Source: Myxococcota bacterium (lineage in GTDB: Bacteria; Myxococcota; JACRCW01). Taken from it: a DNA stretch of 10,225 nucleotides. Location: positions 1 through 10,225 of the forward strand of contig JBFMGU010000335.1 of assembly GCA_040752415.1 (NCBI GenBank). The letters are read 5' to 3'. Both the position numbers and the translations under genes were made by a program. Shown here in pieces: positions 5,302-10,225 of the stretch; the first letter of the stretch is position 1; every line of letters begins with the position of its first letter. Below the pieces are notes generated by a model, which saw nothing but the letters and a program-made list of their open reading frames with translations, was not told the origin of the DNA and did no database searches.

Positions 5302-8300
5302 TCACGCCGCCAGCTTCTCCTGGGGCGGTGTCGTCGTTGTCTCGCTGCCGCCGCGCTTGCCGGTCAACCGGTTCATGACGCGACGTGCGAACTGCTGCAG
5401 GTCGTCGAACCACGTGTACGCCACCGGCGTGGCCACCAAGGTCAGGATCAGGCTGAAGATCTGCCCGCCGATGATCACGCTGGAGGTGGCGCGGTTGGTG
5501 GCGGCGCCGGTGCCGGTGCTGATGGCCAGCGGGATCATGCCCGCCACGAACGCCACCGTCGTCATCAGGATGGGACGGAGACGGTCGCGGCTGGCCTGGA
5601 GCACGGCGTCGCGCGCGTTGAGGCCGGTCTCCTTGAGCTGGTTGGCGTGGTCGATCTGGAGGATGCCGTTCTTCTTCACCACGCCAAACAGCACCAGCGC
5701 GCCCAGCATGGAGAAGATGTTGAGGCTCTCCCTCAGGATCAGGATGGAGAGCAGCGCGAAGGGCAGGGTCAGCGGCAGCGCGAGCAGGATGGTGATGGGG
5801 TGCACCCAGCTCTCGAACTGCGCGGCCAGCACCAGGTACATGAAGATGAAGCTGAGGAGGAAGGCGAAGATGAAGGCCTTGCCGCTCTTGGCCTGCTCCT
5901 TGGACTGCCCGGTGACGCCGTACTCGTAGGCGGGGTCCACGCCCATGGTGGCCACCTTGGCCTGCAGCTGCTCCACGATGCCCGCCTGGCTGTACCCCGG
6001 CAGCAGGTTGGAGGTGATGGTGACCTGACGACGTCGATTGAGCCGGTTGATGACGGACGGACCGGTGCTGCCCTCGAAGCTGGCCACGTCCGCCAGGGAC
6101 ACGGCGCCCAGCTTGCGCGAGGGAACGGTGAGCTGGGAGATGCCGCTGAGGTCGGTGCGGAAGCCCGGCGCGCCGCGCACGAAGACGTCATACTGCTCAC
6201 CCTTGTCCTCGAAGCGCGCCACCCGCTGGCCGCCCACCATCATGTTCACCGTGGTGGCCAGGTCCGTCATGTTGACGCCCAGGTCCGCCGCCTTGGCGCG
6301 GTCCACGTGCAATCCCAGCTCCGGCTTGCCGTTGATGGTGTTGGTGTCCACGTCGACGGTGCCGGGGATGTTGCGCAGGTGCTCCGCAATCTGGTCCGCG
6401 TAGGCGGTCAGCTTGGAGAGGTCCGGGCCGGTGATCTGGTAGGCAATCACCGCGTTCTGCGCGCCGCCGCCGCCCACAATGCCAAACCGACCCACGCTGG
6501 TGCGCAGGTTGTGCTCCTTGAGGGCGGGCAGCGCCTTCTCACGCACCGCCACCATCACCTCGTCCTGGTTGAGCTTGCGACGCTCCACCGGGACCAGCTT
6601 GACGAAGAGCGTGGCGGCGTTGGGCGTCTTGCCGGCGTCGTCGCCAATGGTGACCAGCACCTCCTCCACCTCGGGGAACTGCTGGGTGATGAGGCGGCTG
6701 GCCTTCTGCGCAATGGAGCTGGTCTGGCGCAGCGTGGTGCCTTCCGGCGCACGGAGGAAGACGCCGAACTGGCTCTCGTCGTCCATGGGCAGGAAGTTCT
6801 TGTTGACGGCAATGCCCAACGGCGCCAGCGAGGCCACCGTGGCCACACACAACACGCCCACCACCCAGCGGTGATGCAGGCACCAGCGCAAGAGCGCCGT
6901 GTAGCCGCGCTCCAGGAAGTTGCTGATGGGGTTGTGGTGCGCGCCTTCCTTGCTGGGCTTGAGCAGACGCGCGCACATCATGGGCGTCAACGTGAAGCTC
7001 ACCAGCATGCTGACCAGGATGGAGAACGCCATGGTCAGACCAAAGCTGTTCATGAACCGCCCGACAATGCCGCCCATGAACGCCACGGGGATGAAGATGA
7101 TGGCCAGTGAGAGCGTGGTGGCCAGCACGGCCAGCCCGATCTCCCGCGTGGCTTCCACGGCGGCGTCGTAGGGGCGGCGTTTCTTCTCGTCGATGTGCCG
7201 GACGATGTTCTCCAGCACCACCATGGCGTCGTCGATCACGATGCCCACGCTGAGGGTCAGCGCCAGCAGGGTGAGCACGTTGAGGGTGAACTTCATGGCG
7301 GCCATCAGCGCAAAGGTGCTGATGACGGAGGTGGGGATGGCAATGGCCGCAATGAGCGTGGAGCGGAAGTTGGCCAGGAAGAGCAGCACCACCAGCGCCG
7401 CCAACAGCGAGCCCACGACGAGGTGCTCCTCCACGGAGTGGATGGCGTTGCGCACGTAGGTGGACTGGTCCTGCAGGAGCCCCAGCTTGTAGCCCCTGGG
7501 CAGGCTCTTCTCGATCTGCTTGATGCGTTCCAGCAGGACGTCCACCACCTGCACGGTGTTGGCGCCGGACTGCTTGCGGATGGAGAGGAGCACGGCGGCC
7601 TTGCCGTTGATGGTGGCTTCCGTCTCCTGCTCCTGCATGGCGTCTTCCACGTTGGCCACGTCACGGATGCGGATGGCCAGCGGGCCGCGGTTGGCCACGA
7701 CGAGGTTGGCCAGGTCCTCCACGGTCTGTGCCTTGCCCATGGTGCGCAGGGTGAGCTGGGTGGCGCCCTGGTCCACCGCGCCGCCGGGGAACTCCACCGA
7801 CTGCGTCTGCAGCGCACGCGCCACGTCCAGCGCGGTCAGCCCGCTGGCGCGCAGGCGCGCGGCATCCAGGGTGACGTTGATCTGACGACGCTGTCCGCCC
7901 AGCAGCGTGACGTCGCCCACGCCGGGGAGGCCCTCCAGGCGACGACGCAGGGTGCGGTTGGCGTACTCGGTGATGTCCCGGATGGGTGCGTCCGCGCTGA
8001 CGCTGATGGAGAGCACCGGGCGCGCGTCGGGGTCCATGCGGCTGATGACCGGCGGCTCAATGCCCTTGGGCAGGTTGCGGGTGATGACGCCGAGCTTGTC
8101 ACGCACCTCCGCCACCGCCACGTCAATGTTCTTCTCCAGGTTGAACTGCACCACCACGATGCTGACCGACTCCGCCGAGGAGGAGCGCAGCTCGTCGATG
8201 CCGCTGATGGTGTTGAGCGCTTCCTCGATGGGGTCGCTGACCTCGGACTCCACCGCGGCGGGCGCGGCGCCCGGCAGCACGGTGGTGACCACGACGATGG

Positions 8301-8430
8301 GGAAGTCGATCTTGGGGAAGCGGTCGACGCCGAGGGCGCTGTAACCAAAGAACCCCAGCACCACCAGCGTCAGGACCAGCACGCTGGCAAAGACCGGGCG
8401 TCGCACGCAGACTTCAGCAAGCCACTGCAT
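5302..8430 (-). CDS. RND efflux transporter permease subunit (AcrB/AcrD/AcrF family), 1042 aa
   Basis: N-terminal RRPVFA..TM1 and DRFPKIDFP. TM4 GIVIDDAMVVLEN carries the proton-relay Asp pair. Also LAAQFES..HP, TM10 GVVKKNGIL and RLRPILMTT. SD GGAG at 8437-8440. Confidence 0.97.
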   Translation of the reverse strand: MQWLAEVCVRRPVFASVLVLTLVVLGFFGYSALGVDRFPKIDFPIVVVTTVLPGAAPAAVESEVSDPIEEALNTISGIDELRSSSAESVSIVVVQFNLEKNIDVAVAEVRDKLGVITRNLPKGIEPPVISRMDPDARPVLSISVSADAPIRDITEYANRTLRRRLEGLPGVGDVTLLGGQRRQINVTLDAARLRASGLTALDVARALQTQSVEFPGGAVDQGATQLTLRTMGKAQTVEDLANLVVANRGPLAIRIRDVANVEDAMQEQETEATINGKAAVLLSIRKQSGANTVQVVDVLLERIKQIEKSLPRGYKLGLLQDQSTYVRNAIHSVEEHLVVGSLLAALVVLLFLANFRSTLIAAIAIPTSVISTFALMAAMKFTLNVLTLLALTLSVGIVIDDAMVVLENIVRHIDEKKRRPYDAAVEATREIGLAVLATTLSLAIIFIPVAFMGGIVGRFMNSFGLTMAFSILVSMLVSFTLTPMMCARLLKPSKEGAHHNPISNFLERGYTALLRWCLHHRWVVGVLCVATVASLAPLGIAVNKNFLPMDDESQFGVFLRAPEGTTLRQTSSIAQKASRLITQQFPEVEEVLVTIGDDAGKTPNAATLFVKLVPVERRKLNQDEVMVAVREKALPALKEHNLRTSVGRFGIVGGGGAQNAVIAYQITGPDLSKLTAYADQIAEHLRNIPGTVDVDTNTINGKPELGLHVDRAKAADLGVNMTDLATTVNMMVGGQRVARFEDKGEQYDVFVRGAPGFRTDLSGISQLTVPSRKLGAVSLADVASFEGSTGPSVINRLNRRRQVTITSNLLPGYSQAGIVEQLQAKVATMGVDPAYEYGVTGQSKEQAKSGKAFIFAFLLSFIFMYLVLAAQFESWVHPITILLALPLTLPFALLSILILRESLNIFSMLGALVLFGVVKKNGILQIDHANQLKETGLNARDAVLQASRDRLRPILMTTVAFVAGMIPLAISTGTGAATNRATSSVIIGGQIFSLILTLVATPVAYTWFDDLQQFARRVMNRLTGKRGGSETTTTPPQEKLAA

Positions 8431-8482
8431 CTGCTACTCCAGGGGCGGCACTCCGCCCGTCGTCACGCGGCACCGTTCCCGG

Positions 8483-9706
8483 TCAGCCTTCCACCGGCGC
8501 CCCGTCGGTCAACTGGTCCACATCCTTGATGACAACGCGGTCCCCCGGCTTGAGATCGCCGCGGATCTCCACCAGCTCGTCGCGGCTGGCGCCCACCACC
8601 ACGATGCGCTCCTCCACGTGATTGCCACGGTGCAGGAACACGCGGCTGGCGCCGCCCGTGGTGGAGAGCGCGGTGCGCGGCACCCACAGCGCCTCCTCGG
8701 TCCCCGGCAGCATGATGCGCGCGGTGGCGAACATGCCGGGACGCAGCTTGCCGCTGGCGTTTTCCACGCGGGCCTCTACGCGCAGCGCGCGCGACTGCCC
8801 ATCCAGCGAGGGAGCAATGCGCGTGACGCGGGCGGGGAACGACTCCCCGGGGTGCCCCTGCACCTGCAGCGACACCTCCTGCCCCACCGCCACCTGGGAG
8901 ACCACGGACTCCGGCACGTCGAGGGCCAGGCGGAGAACCTTGCTGCTCACCAGCTGCACCAGCGGCACCTGCGGCGCGGCCCACTCCCCCACGCTGACGT
9001 TGCGACGCACCACCGCACCGCCGAAGGGGGCGCGGATGACGGTGTCGCTGAGCGCCTTGCGGGCCATCTGCACCTGCACCTCCGCGGCGGCCAGCGCGGC
9101 TTGCGCCTGGGCCACGCCGTTGCGGGCGGCGTCGAGCTGGATGTTGGCCTGCTCCGCCTTGAGGAGCGCCAGGTCCTTGGCCTGCACGCTCATGGCACCC
9201 TCCTCGTAGAGCTTCAGCGCGCGGTCCAGGTCCGCCTTGGTGGCCAGCACGTTGGCGCGCGCGGCGCGGACCTCGCTGACCTCCTCGACGTCGAACGGCT
9301 TGGTACCGGCGTCCGCGCTGGCTTCCCCCTCCAGCGGAAGGCCCAGGCGGGCGCGCGCCTGCATCAGGGCGGCCTGCGCGGAGGAGAGGCGCATCCGCGC
9401 GTCGCGGTCATCCAGGCGGATGAGCGTGTCTCCCCGGGCCACCGCATCCCCCACGTCCACCGGCGTGTCCACGACGACACCGGCCACCTGCGCCGCGAGA
9501 TTGCTGGTCTCCTCCCCCAGGAGCGTTCCCGTGACCTCGAGCGAGCGGTGCAGCGCGGCCTTCTCCACGACGCCGGTGGTGACCGGTCGGGGCACACCTT
9601 CCCGCTTGAGGGGTGCGGCCACGGGCGCTGCCGGCTCGGCGGGAGGAGGACGGTTGCAGGCGGTGCCAAGCACCAGGAGGAGAAGGACGGAAGTTCGCGC
9701 GGGCAT
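8483..9706 (-). CDS. RND efflux periplasmic adaptor / membrane fusion protein, ~407 aa, probable lipoprotein
   Basis: Lipoyl half-motifs AQVAGVV..TPVDVGDAVARGDTLIRLD and IRAPFGGAV..RNVSVGE, separated by a long alpha-hairpin. Also LRPGMFA and GDLKPGDRVV. N-terminus MPARTSVLLLLVLGTAC resembles a lipoprotein signal. The start could be TTG 9715. Confidence 0.95.
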   Translation of the reverse strand: MPARTSVLLLLVLGTACNRPPPAEPAAPVAAPLKREGVPRPVTTGVVEKAALHRSLEVTGTLLGEETSNLAAQVAGVVVDTPVDVGDAVARGDTLIRLDDRDARMRLSSAQAALMQARARLGLPLEGEASADAGTKPFDVEEVSEVRAARANVLATKADLDRALKLYEEGAMSVQAKDLALLKAEQANIQLDAARNGVAQAQAALAAAEVQVQMARKALSDTVIRAPFGGAVVRRNVSVGEWAAPQVPLVQLVSSKVLRLALDVPESVVSQVAVGQEVSLQVQGHPGESFPARVTRIAPSLDGQSRALRVEARVENASGKLRPGMFATARIMLPGTEEALWVPRTALSTTGGASRVFLHRGNHVEERIVVVGASRDELVEIRGDLKPGDRVVIKDVDQLTDGAPVEG

Positions 9707-9885
9707 GGGCTTCAACGTGGGGGAGGGGGGCTCGGACTATCGATCCGCGGCGGCCGAAAAGCGAGTTCGCACTCAGGTTCCGGAACGCCGCGAGAAGCGA
9801 AAACTGCGCCCTTAGCGATCCGCCGGGAGGCTGTCAGGTGACCGCGCGCAGATCTCCGTCGCGGAGCGGCTGGGCCGGCGGTGAT

Positions 9886-10225
9886 ATGGTGGACAACCCC
9901 GGCATGACTTCCTCAACAACCCCGGCAGCTTCCGCGTCCAACACCGGCTCTCCGGGGACCGCGCCGTTCATCACCGTGTTTCTGGGTGTCTCGGTGCTGG
10001 TGGCGCTGGGCATGGTGCTCCTGGGCGGGGAGCGCGCGCACGCGAATGTCATCCTCAAGCACCTGGGCCTGTCCGCGTACCTCGCCGGCGCCACGTTCCT
10101 CGGGAGCCGTGTCTGGGGACACCTGGGACCGGCGCTGCTCGTTGCCGTGACGTCGGTGGTGGTGTGGGGCGCGCTGGGGTCGGTGGCGCTGGGGGCGGTG
10201 GTGCTGTTGGGGACCCTGGCGCTGG
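9886..10225 (+). CDS. Hypothetical multi-pass membrane protein, partial, continues past the right edge
   Basis: Manual translation is open to the end: MVDNPGMTSSTTPAASASNTGSPGTAPFITVFLGVSVLVALGMVLLGGERAHANVILKHLGLSAYLAGATFLGSRVWGHLGPALLVAVTSVVVWGALGSVALGAVVLLGTLAL. It has three to four hydrophobic segments and high GC3 from ~9955. The start is ATG 9886 or ATG 9904. Not in the ORF track. Confidence 0.75.
   Translation, partial: MVDNPGMTSSTTPAASASNTGSPGTAPFITVFLGVSVLVALGMVLLGGERAHANVILKHLGLSAYLAGATFLGSRVWGHLGPALLVAVTSVVVWGALGSVALGAVVLLGTLAL

Noticed and set aside
5287..9841. Long + strand ORFs (607, 444 and 407 aa) opposite the RND genes
   Set aside because: These are antisense shadow frames typical of high-GC3 genes. 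They are H/G/R-rich with no motifs, and the - strand genes are unambiguous.

Overview
GC-rich bacterial DNA with strong GC3 bias; gene content is suggestive of Myxococcota/Deltaproteobacteria (inference). The window holds seven likely genes. (1) A secreted multidomain protein with bacterial TSP3-type Ca-binding repeats (- strand, 1602 to <1); it is missing from the ORF track because it runs off the left edge. (2-3) A divergent pair on the + strand: an APH-fold phosphotransferase of the NahK/MdsC type, and a carbon-nitrogen hydrolase with a hydrophobic N-terminus. (4-6) A convergent - strand operon of an RND membrane fusion protein, an AcrB-type RND transporter and an alpha/beta hydrolase, with no outer-membrane factor in the window. 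(7) The start of a multi-pass membrane protein (+ strand, ~9886 to >10225), also missing from the ORF track. The most distinctive non-coding feature lies in the 361-bp convergent intergenic region: a 68-bp inverted repeat (62/68 identical, 34-bp perfect core) flanking an 89-bp hairpin-rich spacer. It looks like a REPIN/MITE-like element or a structured RNA. I found no CRISPR array, tRNA, rRNA or transposase, and nothing here proves a new biological system.
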